Notes: generated by a model not told the origin, from the sequence alone. Positions 26,455 through 39,700 are shown, counted from the stretch's first letter. The stretch: 64,000 nucleotides of DNA from Octopus vulgaris (GCA_951406725.2 OX597817.1:147870001-147934000); one strand, 5' to 3'. Numbers and translations: made by a program.

Positions 26455-26865
26455 TTTCACACTTTAGACTGCGGCCATGCTGGTGCCGAATTGGCCCCAA
26501 TTCTTACTCCTTTAAGCGTGGTAGTTATTCTTTTCTACTCTAGGCACAAGGCCAGAAATTTTGGGGAAAGGGGTCACTCGATTAGATCGACCCCTGTACG
26601 CAAGTGGTACTTAATTTATCGATTCCGAAAGGTTGAAAAGCAAAGTCGACCTCGGCGGAATATGAACTCAGTACGTAAAGACAGACGAAATACTGATAAG
26701 CATTTCGCCCGGTCTGCTAATGTTTCTGCCAGCTCACCGCCTTGCGTCGTATTTATTCCATCGATCTCTTTTGCTGAACAGCTAACTTATGGGGACGTAA
26801 ACACACCAACACCGGTTGTGAAACTGTAGTTGGAGATAAACAAAGACACAAATACACACACACAT
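26455..26865 (-). mobile_element. SINE D interrupted by SINE A (tail B, 26529-26743)
   Basis: gactgcggccatgctgg…[SINE A]…gctaacttatggggacgtaaacacaccaacaccggttgt. Confidence 0.75.
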
Positions 26866-28669
26866 TCAAAATACAGACCACCACCAGTTTTATCGGACTT
26901 CGTTTTTGATTAAACAATAGTAGTACTAGTAGTAGTGGTGGTGGTGGGGATGGTTTTGGGTTAGATTTCTAATCGTGTTGTAGTGTTAGCGGTGATGGTG
27001 GTGGTAGTGGTGTTTGCGGTCACGGAGGTAGTGTTGATGATGGTGTCTGTAATGGCGGTTTTAGTGATGACAGGGGTGGGGTGCTGTTTGTGATGGTGGT
27101 GGTGGGGTTGTTGATTATGTCGGTGGATAGTAGTGGTGATCGGACTGGACATTGCGATCATGGTGATGGTGTTTATACAAATAGCTAAAATCTTACTAAT
27201 TTGTTTGTTCAATGGATCAGTGGAAGAATACAGGATCGAATGTTATTTGCGACAACAATCAATATGAGGAATCTATTTGTGGAAGTTGTGTCTATAGAAG
27301 TTTTGCAGATGTATTCCATTGGTTCAGCTTTCCAATAAAGGCAAAACGCCGGATTAAAATTACAGAAGCTGTGTATCACGTCAACACTTTCTAATATCCG
27401 GCTGGTGTCAAGAGGTCACTAGGAGGTGTTGATTCGCCTCACAGCACAACGAACATGGAAAAAGTACAGAAAAAAAATACAAGATATAAGAAAAGAAAAA
27501 TAAGACAAAATATAACTGAATAAGTGAAAAAAAAGAAACCTATACATTTAGACTTTAGTATAACGTATAACAGGAGTTATTGTGTACCAAAGCAGCAGAA
27601 AGGTCGTGCTACAATATCCATTGATGAAAACCAGCGTTTATCAAGAACTTTATTGCATTATTTCAGTTAGAGTTTTAGAATAAAAATGCAATACGTCAAC
27701 GTTGTCCTGGTCAGTACGAATGTCGCCCCGCCACCAAACATGGCGGCCAGATACATTTTACTGTTATTTGCTGATTATTTATCTGAAGAAAAAGAAAAAG
27801 AAAAAAGAAAGAAAGAAAGAAGAAAACAGAACATGGGGGGTTGTGTAGAAACATCTTCAGTAAGCCGTTACAAGTCAAATATTTTATTACACCGGAATTC
27901 TTCACCAATGCAGGCACATGTTTAGATTTTATGGTTGAATATTTCGAACTTCAGCGGCAATGATAAGAAAAGGCTGAAAAGCTGTCTGTCTCAGTTTAAC
28001 AATTGCATGCCGCGTCAACAGAGAGATAAAATAATACCATTTTCTCACTTGGAGCAGGTAATTAATTTGATAACATTATAGAAATTTCAAAGCGATTCTT
28101 AAAGCCAGATCTCATTCTAAGATTTCAGACACATAAAGTTGGCGGCAATTGCTTAATCTCTTATGTAGATGTGTTAAAAACTATATTGCTATTTATATGG
28201 AACATTTGATGCGCTGTTAACATAGTTTCTATTATACTTGAGATTCGTCTCTTTCTTCCCTTCTTCCGTCCATCTTATTTCTGTATTCTCATTCCAGTTA
28301 ACTTAATCGTAATTTTTGTAACTACTTTCTTACACTTTGCCATATCCATGGTTATAAACGGCCATCTTAAGATTTCAGTTCAGTTATTCTGTTCTTCTCA
28401 TTGTAATGTTTTGAAGAAATTCTCCACCAATTATAAATGCAATACCGCAAGATTAGGTATTAAAGAATCTATGTTCGCTGTGAAATAATAAATTCTTTCG
28501 CTTAAAATGTTAAGTTTTGTATTTGTGATATTTGTTCTTCTATAAAAAGGAAGTTATCTTGTAGATCAAACACCAGACACAGACTTGTAATACCTGGATT
28601 GTCAAAGGAAGTACATTGGTGAAAGTAATTGTCCACAAGGTTTTGGTATACCAGGACATTTGTTTAGGA

Positions 28670-28702
28670 ATTATTATTATTATTATTATTATTGTTGTTG
28701 TT

Positions 28703-28733
<31 letters not shown>

Positions 28734-28745
28734 TTATTGTTGTTG

Positions 28746-28808
<63 letters not shown>

Positions 28809-28840
28809 TATTATTATTATTATATTATTATTATTATTAC

Positions 28841-28913
<73 letters not shown>

Positions 28914-28914
28914 A

Positions 28915-28966
<52 letters not shown>
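28670..28966. repeat. (ATT)n/(GTT)n microsatellite
   Basis: Trinucleotide array. Confidence 0.95.
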
Positions 28967-28967
<1 letters not shown>

Positions 28968-29099
28968 TTTTTTTTTTTTTTTCTTCTTTCAAATTTGCTT
29001 CCATTTCTTGCCGAGTGTCTTCCCGACTCCTAGGGCAAAGAAACTCACAGTATACATTGGTTATTATTATTATTATCATCATTATTGTTGTTGTTGTTG

Positions 29100-29690
29100 T
29101 TACGTTTGCACAGCTTCTAACTCTGGAGATGTACTACAGTGTCAGCTTTTCATTACCAGTCAACTAAGGTAACACCTCTTATGTTTAGCACCTTCCGCAC
29201 TATTCGAGCATTTCCAAGCAGTGCTGTTTTCTGCAAGCGCTCCACCCTTATTGCAGCCCCTGTTTGTTCCACGTACTTTTCGAGGTTTTTGCTCACTGTT
29301 CCCAGTGCTCCGACAATTATTGGTACTACTGCTACCTTTTTCATCGACCACAACTTCTTAACTTCCCAAGCTAACCTGTTATATCTCTCGCTTTTTCTTT
29401 CTTCCTTCCTCATCGCATACTTCGTTGTCTGCTGGGCATGCTATGTCAATGATCCAGCATAGATTGTTTTCTTTCTCAATTAACACTATGTCTGGCTTCC
29501 TATTCTCTATCGCATGGTCGCGCTGAATCATAAAATCCCATAGGATCTTTGCGTTTATGTTTTCGACGATGCCTTCAGTTTTGTGGTCATACCAATTTTT
29601 TGCTCTGTCAAGGCCATACTTGTTGCAAAGTGTCCAATGGACAAGCCTGGCTATATTGTCGTGACGTCTCTTATATTCTTTCTGGGCTTA
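29100..29690 (-). mobile_element. R4/Dong-like LINE 3' end (RLE domain)
   Basis: YKRRHDNIARLVHWTLC…KILWDFMIQ…RKPDIV…WIIDIACP…KSERYNRLAWEVKKLW…VVPIIVGALG…LQKTALLG, ending in (AAC/AAT)n. Confidence 0.9.
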
Positions 29691-29892
29691 TTATTGTTAT
29701 GTCTTTTTCTTCTTTCTTCAAATTTTCTTCCGTTTCTCGCCGAGTGTTTTCTATACACCTAGGGCAGAGAAGCTCATTGTATGCATTCCCAGATTACACA
29801 CGCAAATTCTCAGACAAAATATGTATTTGAAAGTTAGTAAATAAATAAATATTAAAGATTAAAAAATTATTATTATTATTATTATTATTATA

Positions 29893-30325
29893 AATCGAGT
29901 TTTGCTGAAATTCCTGGAGTCTTGCATGAATAGCAATCTTGCTACTTGCAAGCTATTGGTACCATGCTAGCTGTTCTTTTCAACTATCTAATGTTTTCCT
30001 GATGATTCTGACCATTCTAGGGAGACAAACATTTTGAAACAGCTTTACTGGACACTCTGTGCCAATTTATTTTATTTTTATTCTTCTCGATACCTTTTGA
30101 TACTGTCCACAAATCCACAAACATTATTGGCATTTTCTTCACCTTTTTTCGTCTTCCACAGTGAAGTTGTCTCGTATTTAAGATGATTGTATTCGTCCAA
30201 TTTTTCGTCTTCCTCCGTAACTATTCGCGAGTGAAACGAGTATGCAATATATATTGTAGAGCAGTCCTTAATTTTCTTATCATTCCATCTAAATTTGCTA
30301 CTTCATTTAGCGACCAGTTGAAAAT
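29893..30325 (-). mobile_element. Older degraded R4/Dong-like RLE 3' end
   Basis: EEDEKLDEYNHLKYETTSLWKTKKV..MPI…TVSK…RIIRKTL remnant, ending in (AAT)n. Confidence 0.7.
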
Positions 30326-30377
30326 CAATTAACAATAACTTAATAATTGAACAGCTAGAATATTGTTTGTTCCTTCT

Positions 30378-30666
30378 CGAGCCATGCCTGGCTCATTAGG
30401 GCCGGTTTCCCGCTTTCTCTGGCGTATAGGTTCCCCACCTGGAGGGGACGCCGGTCCGTCGCCGGTGAGCCACAAGATGCAGGAGGAAAGAGTGAGAGAA
30501 AGTTGTGGCGAAAGAGTCAGCAGAAGTTCGCCATTACCTTCTGCCGGAGCCGCAAGAAGCTTAGGTGTTTCGCTCATAAACACACACATCACCCGGTCTG
30601 AGATTCGAACCCGTGATCCTTCGACCGCGAGTCCGCTGCTCTAACCACTAGGCCATGTGCATCCAC
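30378..30666 (-). mobile_element. tRNA-derived SINE (head B + tail Y)
   Basis: tggcctagtggttagagcagcggactcgcggtcgaaggatcacgggttcgaatctcagacc tRNA-like head. Confidence 0.85.
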
Positions 30667-31841
30667 TAGAATATCCATAACAATTACCTGATCTTTTTCT
30701 TTTGTTCAATTAACTAATGTCTTTAAGCATTACGTTCACGCCTCTGTAATATTCTAGCTTAGCATTTTTTACGTATAGGTGCTGTACCCAATCTGAATGT
30801 TAATTGTTAAGCGTATGCATGTATACGCTTGGTCTGATGCTCTCGTTTCCTTTTATTTAGCTAATATGGCACTACTTATATAATTTTTCCCTTTTGAACG
30901 GTGTCAAAAGCAATTTTTCAAAGCCAATTTCACATTAATTCCTTTGGTAAATGCCGTTTGTGACAGGGTTTGCAGTTTTTGATCACCTTCAGTGTGTACA
31001 ACCCTGATGTCATTCACATACACAGTCGATCGATTATCAGTTGTAACCCGGTCTAAAAATACAGCTACTGTTGTAGCCTGTTGATTAAAGAGTTATCGCC
31101 TGAAAGAAGTTATGATAATGGAATGTTTCGGAAATAATATTTTTCTAATAGAGATTGAAATGCTTTTTTTAATTAACCGTTTTATCTGTATTTGTTGAGA
31201 ATTCGTTGCCACTTACTCATAGCATGTCTTACATAAGTGTTCATTACTTCCACTGCTTTACTCAAGCAAAATATATGTTATGGGGACAGTGAAAAGCATT
31301 CCGGGAATCAATCTATATCATTTTCGAAACCATTCGGTCTTCTATATTCTTCGGTTAAAGCTTTATCGAGCAATAATTGCATTTTACAACCATATCAATC
31401 TTCGCATCATCATTTCAGTTCATCAGGAAGTCAGTGAGACATTATAGCTGTTAAATATGCGAGTTGCACTTTGAAAAGCTACAGGGCTTGTTGATTGTTA
31501 AGTCTTGATGGGATTAAAATGATTTTCCACAAAGTTGTCCCCGTGATGCTGTGGCTCTTCAGTCCGTCACAAATAATTATTTCCCAGCATGGTATTCTAC
31601 TTGGCAAATATTTCAAATAGACGTATTTAAAATTTATAATTTACTCAAGTGATGAAGATATCTCATTTTTGTTGTCTAAGCTATTTTTGAGAGGATATTG
31701 GCTCCTCTGATTATTCATGCTCTTGTTATCTTAAATAATAGAGTCCGTATTTAAACTTTCACTGTCCAACATCTACTTTTAATGACTCTATTTTTCTCGT
31801 TTGCTGGTGACGTTTAATTTCCATTATATTTCTGAAACTTA

Positions 31842-32268
31842 AGGCAGCGAGCTGGCAGAATCGTTTCGGGTCCGGGCAAAATGCTTAGCGCCATTTTGTC
31901 CATCTGTACCTTCTAAGTTTAAATTCCACCGAGGCCAACTTGGCCTTCATACTTTCAAGTTCAATAAAATAAGCATCTTTATTATCTCTTGAGCAGTCAG
32001 GTCGATTTTTGGATTTGGTTTGCAAGGTTCATTATATGAGTACGTGTGTTAAAGCATATTCTGTTGTGTCTGGGGAGAGTCATTCTCTTTTATTGCCTTA
32101 TAATATAACACACTCACTGGTAAAATTTCCACTTTTTTCTTATTTTTATTCTGCTAAAATTTTCGTTGCGTCTTGCAACCTTTTCAATAGATTTGACTCT
32201 GTGGGGTCGATGTAATTGATTTATTCCCTCCCCTCAAATTGTTAGCCTTGGAACAAAATTTGAAACCC
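31842..32268 (+). mobile_element. SINE A (tail C) split by an inserted repeat (~31990-32195)
   Basis: Head at 31842 and tail at 32200-32268. TSD-like cattatatttctgaa / catatatttctgaa. Confidence 0.65.
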
Positions 32269-32526
32269 ATATATTTCTGAACCTTTATTTGTATTATTAT
32301 CATTTTCATCGGGAAGCTACACGTGACAGACAATGTGGTCTACTCCCCATTTATCAAATCCACCAGATTTAGAGCGCATATTGCTCTTCCAGCCTAGAAC
32401 CGAATACTGTTTGAAATGTTTTCGTGTAGTTCACACAAGCTTTCCGGTTATGATATAACTTGTAATCGATTAGTATGGTTTTAGGTACTGTGTAATCGAC
32501 CATTACTGCGATTATTTCCACTACAT

Positions 32527-32573
<47 letters not shown>

Positions 32574-33334
32574 GAAGTGAAGCAACAGGTATTTTTGAAC
32601 ATTTCCCCCCTTCTTTGACTTTGATTTTCAGCATTCATATTTCACTATATAATCAATATTTTTCAAAACAATCTAGTAACGGTGTCTTCTTGTTGAATGT
32701 CCACATTGATAGTCATTTAATTTTTTGTTTTACAATTTATTATCATTTCCAGTAAGGCAGCGAAATAGCAGAATTATTACCGCAACGGACAAAATGATTA
32801 TCAACCTTTCGTCTGCCTTTGCGTTCTGGGTTGAAATCCCATCGAAGTTCACTTTGCTTTTCATCCTTTCGAAATCGATGCACTGGGCTCGATATTTCAG
32901 GCCTTGTGCCTATAGTAGAAAGGACTATGATCTTTCCCTGCTATTCTGCATTTTATTACAACATAACTGAACGCAGTTTTATATGCGTTAACTCCCTGCA
33001 TTGTTATGTTTTCTTTTACACTTTTGTATTTCATTAAAATTACTCTATGTAATCTATTACCAATGCCTACGGGTTATGTATTTATCTGGATGTTTTAAAA
33101 CTAATTTTCAGGTTAACGATTATTATAATTATTTCTGTTTTCATCTTCACTTTATAGATATCTCTGATTCCTTATCAATATACTTCGCCATTTCGTTTAC
33201 TCGCTTTTTATGGTCCCTTGATCCTTGACTTAATTCTATAGAGAACCCTTGATTTCATGTCTTAATGGATTGGAAAGACACAAACTATCGTTTCTTTGTT
33301 AGGGTAAGTTTATGGTACCTTTATCTTGGATTTC

Positions 33335-33870
33335 ATCCAAGTCCTGCGCTACCGGCACACAAAGCTGAACAACATGCAGACCGGATGCATTGGCCCGGGA
33401 AGAATTGCAATTCCTGAATCAAAATCAGTGCGTGACCTGGGCATTGACATGAGCAATGATGCATTTTTCGAAGTGCATATTGCAAATTTGGTAATAAAAT
33501 GCAGACGGCTAGCTGGATGGACCCCCCGAACTTTCAGAACTAGAGAGTAGGAGACACTGATGGTCCTTTGGAAGATATTCGTCATCAGCCGCTTAGGCTA
33601 GTGCTACCAACTATGGTCACCACACAATATAAAGTTAATAGCAGAACTCGAAGCAATCCAACGAAGCTACACTAAGAAGATCGTCTCAATGCATCATATC
33701 AGCTATTGGGAAAGACTGAAAGTATTAAAACTCTTTTCCCTGGAGCGATATACATCTGGAAAATCCTGGAGGGCCTTGTCCCGAATTTTGGCATTGAAAG
33801 TTTCTCCAACAGCAGAAGGGGGCGCCACTGCATGATGCCAAAGATCCCAACATCACCCAGGAAACACAGA
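33335..33870 (+). mobile_element. CR1-like LINE ORF2 3' fragment
   Basis: SVRDLGIDMS…HI…CRRLAGW..RTFRTR…QLWSPH..KLIAELEAIQRSYTK…SYWERLKVLKLFS…YIWKILEGLVPN. Confidence 0.85.
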
Positions 33871-34346
33871 TGCGGGCCGCAACGTCGAACTCCCTTGTTG
33901 ACCAAGAGTCACGTATCAGAGGTGGTTTCACACATTAGTGTAGCACATTCAACGGTCGTGCCCCAGCATGGTCGCAGCTTTCGGGCTGAATCATTTTTAA
34001 GGATTTAAGGAGTTTACTCTTTCTTGAAACTTGAAATTGGGGAGTAGAAACAGCCTGACCTCTACACCCTCAAGCTACTTATTTCGCGAGATTGAAAAGG
34101 TGCTAACAATTTGAGTATAAGCAGAGAGTATAATAACATTGTAATTAATCACTTTATTTGTCCCGTTTTATATTCAGTTAATATACCCTTAAAATTCATA
34201 GAGTTGGATCTGCAAAAACAGTCAGAAAGTCGGATAAAATGACTGTAGACTGGAAGAAGTTGCAGAACATAGGATACTAAAGCTGGAGAACGGGACAATT
34301 GGCAGCAGGTAATGGGGTGGGGCAAAATGTGACTCGGTTTTTACGC

Positions 34347-34717
34347 ATTATTACCGCCACCATAGCGAAGGCGGAAGTATTGTTTTCAGTATTGTTTGTT
34401 TGTTTGTCCGTGGACACGATATCTCAAGAACCGCCGTTTGGATTTGAATGAAACTTTCAGAGATGTTTGGCCTTGTAACTGGCACGAATCGATTAGATTT
34501 TGGAACAGATCCGGTACCGGACAAGGATTCTGCATTACTTTTCCTCTTTATTTTACTTAAATTTTGAGAGCGGTCGGGTTCATTTTTAGTATGCTCGCTT
34601 GTGAGAGCAGTCGAGTTTATTTCAGATATCCTCATTTTAAAAACTATCTCTGGCTAATCGTTGAGAGGACGTTGGTGTGGCCTTGGCGGAAGTTTGTGCT
34701 CTCTTAGTGCTCTTGTT
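34347..34717 (+). mobile_element. Helentron-associated (HINE/DINE-1-like) non-autonomous element
   Basis: ttattaccgcc…ggcggaagtattgttttc, (GTTT)n, gatatctca…ggatttgaatgaaactttcag, and 3' ccttggcggaagtttgtgctctcttagtgctcttgtt. Confidence 0.7.
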
Positions 34718-35012
34718 ACATGTTTATTTCAAAACGATATAATTTTACTTCGACTTTCATCCCACCATGCATACCAGTTAGGATCTAATGTTGATCTTGA
34801 CTGACTGTACACTCTACCCAAATTTGAAATAATGTATAAGCTATTTAACTCTTTAACTAGCTTCAGCTGAGAGCTGTGGCTATGCTGGGGCACAGCAATT
34901 AAATATCTATATTAAAAATAAATATGTTTCCTACATTTACGAATCTAAATAAGTGCAAGATAAAAGCAGAAATGTTACATAAAATAGTACTTATGAATAG
35001 TTAAAAGGAATC

Positions 35013-35060
<48 letters not shown>

Positions 35061-35118
35061 TATATATATATATGCATGTATGTATGTATATATATATATA
35101 TATATGCATATGTATATT

Positions 35119-35151
<33 letters not shown>

Positions 35152-35212
35152 GTATATATATACATGTATATATATATATATGTATATGTATATATATATG
35201 TGTATGTATCTG

Positions 35213-35250
<38 letters not shown>

Positions 35251-35253
35251 CGT

Positions 35254-35306
<53 letters not shown>

Positions 35307-35912
35307 GATTTTAAAGTTGTATTTAAAGTCTTATAGTATGATAGTTTAATTGATATTGCGTTTCATTCTTGGCACATCACTTATTGTGTTCCATTCAACT
35401 TGTAACGCAATCTACTTTGTCTTGTTTCTACATATCCTCATTGCTTTCTATTTTAAGTGCCCGCGTGCGTTCTTAATGCATTAGTTAAAGCATTCTTTGT
35501 TACGTGTACTATGAAGGAAATGTCAGTGATATTTCGGGAACGAACTTAATGACCTATCTATAATAATGAGCATTGCATACTGTTTCTTTCACTCGTTACT
35601 CATTGTGATAAACAAAGGCAACTTCTTTTCCCGTTTTAAGTATTATTTCAATGTTGCTATACGACCACGGCTATTAAACAGGCTATTAAACTACAGAAAA
35701 TACGCTTCATATTGTTGTATATAATCCCAAACCGACCCCTTTCACCTCCTTCGAATTTGTATTCGCTTATTCTGTTACTGGTTTAATCCACTTGATACCA
35801 GCCGAAGACCACCACCGGTTGAATCATACCAGCTCTTCTTTTAAAGTAAACTGAATTATAACTTGTCGGTGAAACCTCATGTTAGTCATGTTCCAATAAC
35901 CAACTTGATAAT

Positions 35913-36523
35913 GGTTTCAAATTTTGCCACAAGGGTAGCAATTTTAAGGAAGGGGATGAGTCGATTATTTTATCGAATCTGAAAGGATGACAGACAAAAT
36001 CGAGCGCGGCGAAATTTGAAGCCAAAACGGATCGACAGGCGAAATACCTATTTCTTTACTACCCACAAGGGGCTAAACACAGAGAGGACAAACAAGGACA
36101 GACAAACGGATTAAGTCGATTATATCGACTCAGTACGTAACTGGTACTTATCGACCCCGAAAGGATGAAAGGCAAAGTCGACCTCGGCGGAATTTGAACT
36201 CAGAAGGTATCGGCAGAGGAAATACCCCTAAGTATTTCGCCCGGCGTGCTAACGTTTCTGCCAACTCGCCGCCTCGACGGGCGAAATACTTATTTCTTTA
36301 TTACCCACAAGGGGCTAAACGCAGAGGGGACAAACAAGGACAGACATAGGTATTAAGTCGATTACATCGACCCCAGTGCGTAACTGGTACTTAATTTATC
36401 GTCCCCGAAAGGCTGAAATGCAAAGTCGACCTCGGCGGAATTTGAACTCAGAACGTAACGGACGACGAAATGCCGCTAAGCATTTCACCCGGCGTGCTAA
36501 CGTTTCTGCCAGCTCGCCGCCTT
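35913..36523 (-). mobile_element. Nested family A SINE cluster (old tail-C copy hosting two tail-A insertions)
   Basis: Outer TSD AATAACCAACTTGATAAT / AACAACCAACTTAATAAT. Inner 15-bp TSD at 36034-36048 / 36276-36290. Confidence 0.9.
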
Positions 36524-36718
36524 AATAACAACCAACTTAATAATGAAAAAGTTATTTCATCAAATTCTTCATTATTTTCATAATTAATCAAAGTAAAAAC
36601 AGTTTATTTGAACAGAAGGGTTCAAACGTTGATTGCGGAAATGCAGCGGTAACACCATTAGGCTGTATATAGGTTTCCTGAACAAGACAACATTTCTAAA
36701 TTTTCACATTATTTCATA

Positions 36719-38812
36719 CTAGTAGAGGTACCGTCGTTGCCCGAGCTGGCAGAATCGTTAGCACGCCGAACGAAATGCTCAGCAATATTTCGTCTGTCGT
36801 TACGTTCTGAGTTCAAATTCCGCCGAGGTCGACTTTGCTTTTCATCATTTCGAGGTCGATAAATCAAGTACCAGTTACGCACTGGGGTCGCTATAATTGA
36901 CTTAATCCGTCTGTCTGTCCTTGTTTGTCTCCTCTGTGTTTAGCCCCTTGTGGGTAGTAAAGAAATAGTTATATCACTCAACGGAGTAGTCTTTCAAATG
37001 AACCGAAATACTTCCGTTTGTAACAATAGCAATAAGTAAATACTAACTATTGAAAGGATAGAGGCCAAATATGTCCGAAAATCACAGCATGATGAACGGG
37101 AATCTTATGACCATAAACACATTAGATAAATCCGCAAGTAATAAAACCTACCATTTGTCTAAAGCCAGAAATGAAGTGTGATCCTAGGTCGGACTTGACC
37201 GATATAAGTACGAGTGATATCGCTTATTGAACAACGCTCAAGTTGTCTGATTGTCTAGATAATACAAATAAGTGTGATGAAATCTGCTGAATACGACTCA
37301 CTGATGTGTTGTTGATCAGAGGTCGCCATTTCGCACTTAACTGAGATGCAATTAAACGGGGTAGACAACCGAGTGCAAAAACTAATCGATCATTCGCAGA
37401 GTGATTGTAAAATAGCACAATCCACATACAGTAGACGTTAAAACTTACACCTGGGTTAAATTGCGCTTTCTTGGTTAGGAGTGTCGAATGACGCCTAAGA
37501 TCAGGAAAAAAAATTAATTTCCCATTCTACACTTGATTATGGTGTAAGTATGCGGGGGAGACAACCGGGTGCAAAATTAAATTCAATTATCTTAAAATTA
37601 ACTAAGCATACTAAAGTTTAGTCAGGGTTATTTAAAACATTCGTTCCTCCATTTGTAGGGCATAAGTAACTGATGCACCAACTTTCGTTTAAATTGACTG
37701 TTTTTCCAGAAGTTAACATGCTTTGCTGCAACCATAATATGAACTTTAAAAGTGGTCCAAAGGGGCTCACTGCCCTCCCTAGAGGGCTCCCTTGCAGAAT
37801 TCAAATGATAACGAATGTGCGGTATTTTATCACATGGCAGGCAATAACCATAATAAATTCCCGAGGTTCTGGTGCTGTTTTATTGTGACAGTATGAACTT
37901 TTATGGGTTAATGATTTAGGCTCATTGTCTCCGAGGAGATTCTCTTGGTGAATTGAAATGGAAGTAAATGTGCCTCACTGTATCTACATCTGTAGTACAT
38001 GAATTACAAGCGAGTCGAAATTCATTTTATGGGAATACCAATTATCGAAGCTATGACCCTTTGTTGCATTACAATAGCCAAATTCAATAATTGGCTCACC
38101 GGGGTTTACTGCACCTGGGGTCCCCCTGCTTGTTCCGGGTATAGACAGTGTCTTCAACATCATATTTAGGCAAGGGATAACCAATGTGTCCCGTAAAGTT
38201 AAAATCGAACGTAAACTTCAAAAGTTACGTACTAATACAGTGTTAATGTGAACTTCAATAGATAAGTCAAAAGGGCTTACTGCCCCTAACCAAGGGATCC
38301 CCTTGATACGTTCAACTAAAAGTTCATGTGTTCGTCTTCCTCTGTGAGCCAGGGGTAATCAATATGTCTCGTTTTGTGGAAACCAAACGCCAACTCAGGC
38401 AGTTATGACGTTTTGTTACATTGATGATACCAACTTCAACATTCATAAAAATCGGGTTACTGTCCCCAGGGGGTTCCCTACCTGAATTTCTGCGGAAGTG
38501 CATTCCTGCAAATTTATTTGTAGGCCATTAGCAAAGAAAAGATTAATTTTGGTCGAAGATGGGAGGCAAACTGCAGGAATTATGGGGCCTTTATGCAATA
38601 GTACTGCTGACTCCAAGAGAGAGGCTTAAGGGGGGTTATCTGTCCCGGGTGGTGATGGGGGCACAATCGATGTACGGAAAAATAAAATAGCCTACGACGC
38701 ATAATAGGACTTCAGATATCTATGTATGAAATTTGGTACAAATCGGTTGTAAAATATAGAAATGCATGCAGTTACACACACACACCAATCTTCTGTATTA
38801 TATAATATAAGA
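36719..38812 (-). mobile_element. Non-autonomous Helitron-like element with internal subrepeats and a SINE insertion
   Basis: Minus strand starts A|TCTTATTATATATAAT…(GT)n…accgatttgtaccaaatttcatac and ends cgggcaacgacggtac…CTAG|T. SINE A at 36742-36967 lies next to the 3' hairpin. Confidence 0.65.
36742..36967 (+). mobile_element. tRNA-derived SINE family A (tail A)
   Basis: gagctggcagaatcgttagcacg…gttcaaattcc…gccccttgtgggtagtaaagaaata. Confidence 0.9.
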
Positions 38813-39484
38813 TTCTACAGGTAGGAATGCCCTATTGATAGACGAACTAAAAAAAAAGTAATACATTATCCTATCTATTCCTGTTACTACCATATATCTC
38901 CAAATGAAATTCTTATTCTGTCTAAAACAAAACACTTCTGAAGACACCTTACTGCATTTGCATTCTTTTATTTCCTTTTGTATAAGTTTCAGCCAATCGA
39001 TGCTATATTTACACTGGTCTACAAAAAGGGAATCTTTGTAGTCCATAGCCTTCTTCTTACCCTAGAAATTCTCACAGACCCAATTGAAAGCTTTCTAGGC
39101 AGGCAATTCCAGTTTGTTCAGTGTTGTCATGAAGCTGACATATTTGAGTACTTCTATAATTTGGGGTCCGACAAACTTTGCCTCTGAGATTTTGGTAAGT
39201 TTTTCTACAATATACTCAAATGTATGAACGCAAACCGACTTTTTTAGACTAATTTTTCCTGCTGATTTCATAATGTCACTCCATTTGTATACAGCATGTA
39301 TCAGTTTTTCAGTAGATACATGCAAACATTTACATATTTGTATATATGAAATCATTAACGTAATAAATAAGGACATTATTTTTAGAAAGTAAATGAGTTT
39401 ATTGAGTTAAAAATCATCATTAGTATTCTACAAAGAGTGAATACAGAAAAAACTCTATCAGACAAAACAGAGTTAGAAACATTG

Positions 39485-39700
39485 TTATTTGTATTTCCTG
39501 CGATGTTCATGATATGGTTGATCACGGTAAAGTGTCCAGCAGTAGTCAGCCAGCATGCTATCATACCAGAAGCCTTGGTACCGTTTTTCTATAGCACTAA
39601 TGTCCTGGTAAAATCTTTCAACATGTTCATCTGACACTGCTCCAAGGTTATCTGTGAAGAAATCCAGATGAGAGTCTAAGAAGTGAGCTTTCAGTGACAT
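39485..39700 (-). pseudogene. C-terminal remnant of a CMC-superfamily (Chapaev3-like) DNA transposase
   Basis: MSLKAHFLDSHLDFF.DNLGAVSDEHVERFYQDI…EKRYQG.W…MLADYCWTL, with an HxxxxH and SDE..E pattern. The family assignment is from memory. Confidence 0.7.

Noticed and set aside
27736-27748. YY1-like AACATGGCGGCC motif (also AAATGGCGGC at ~4095)
   Set aside because: Isolated short motif with no supporting promoter or exon evidence.
30590-30666. tRNA-like sequences (also 55843, 57180, 58624)
   Set aside because: They continue directly into SINE bodies and lack a proper acceptor stem, so they are SINE heads rather than tRNA genes.
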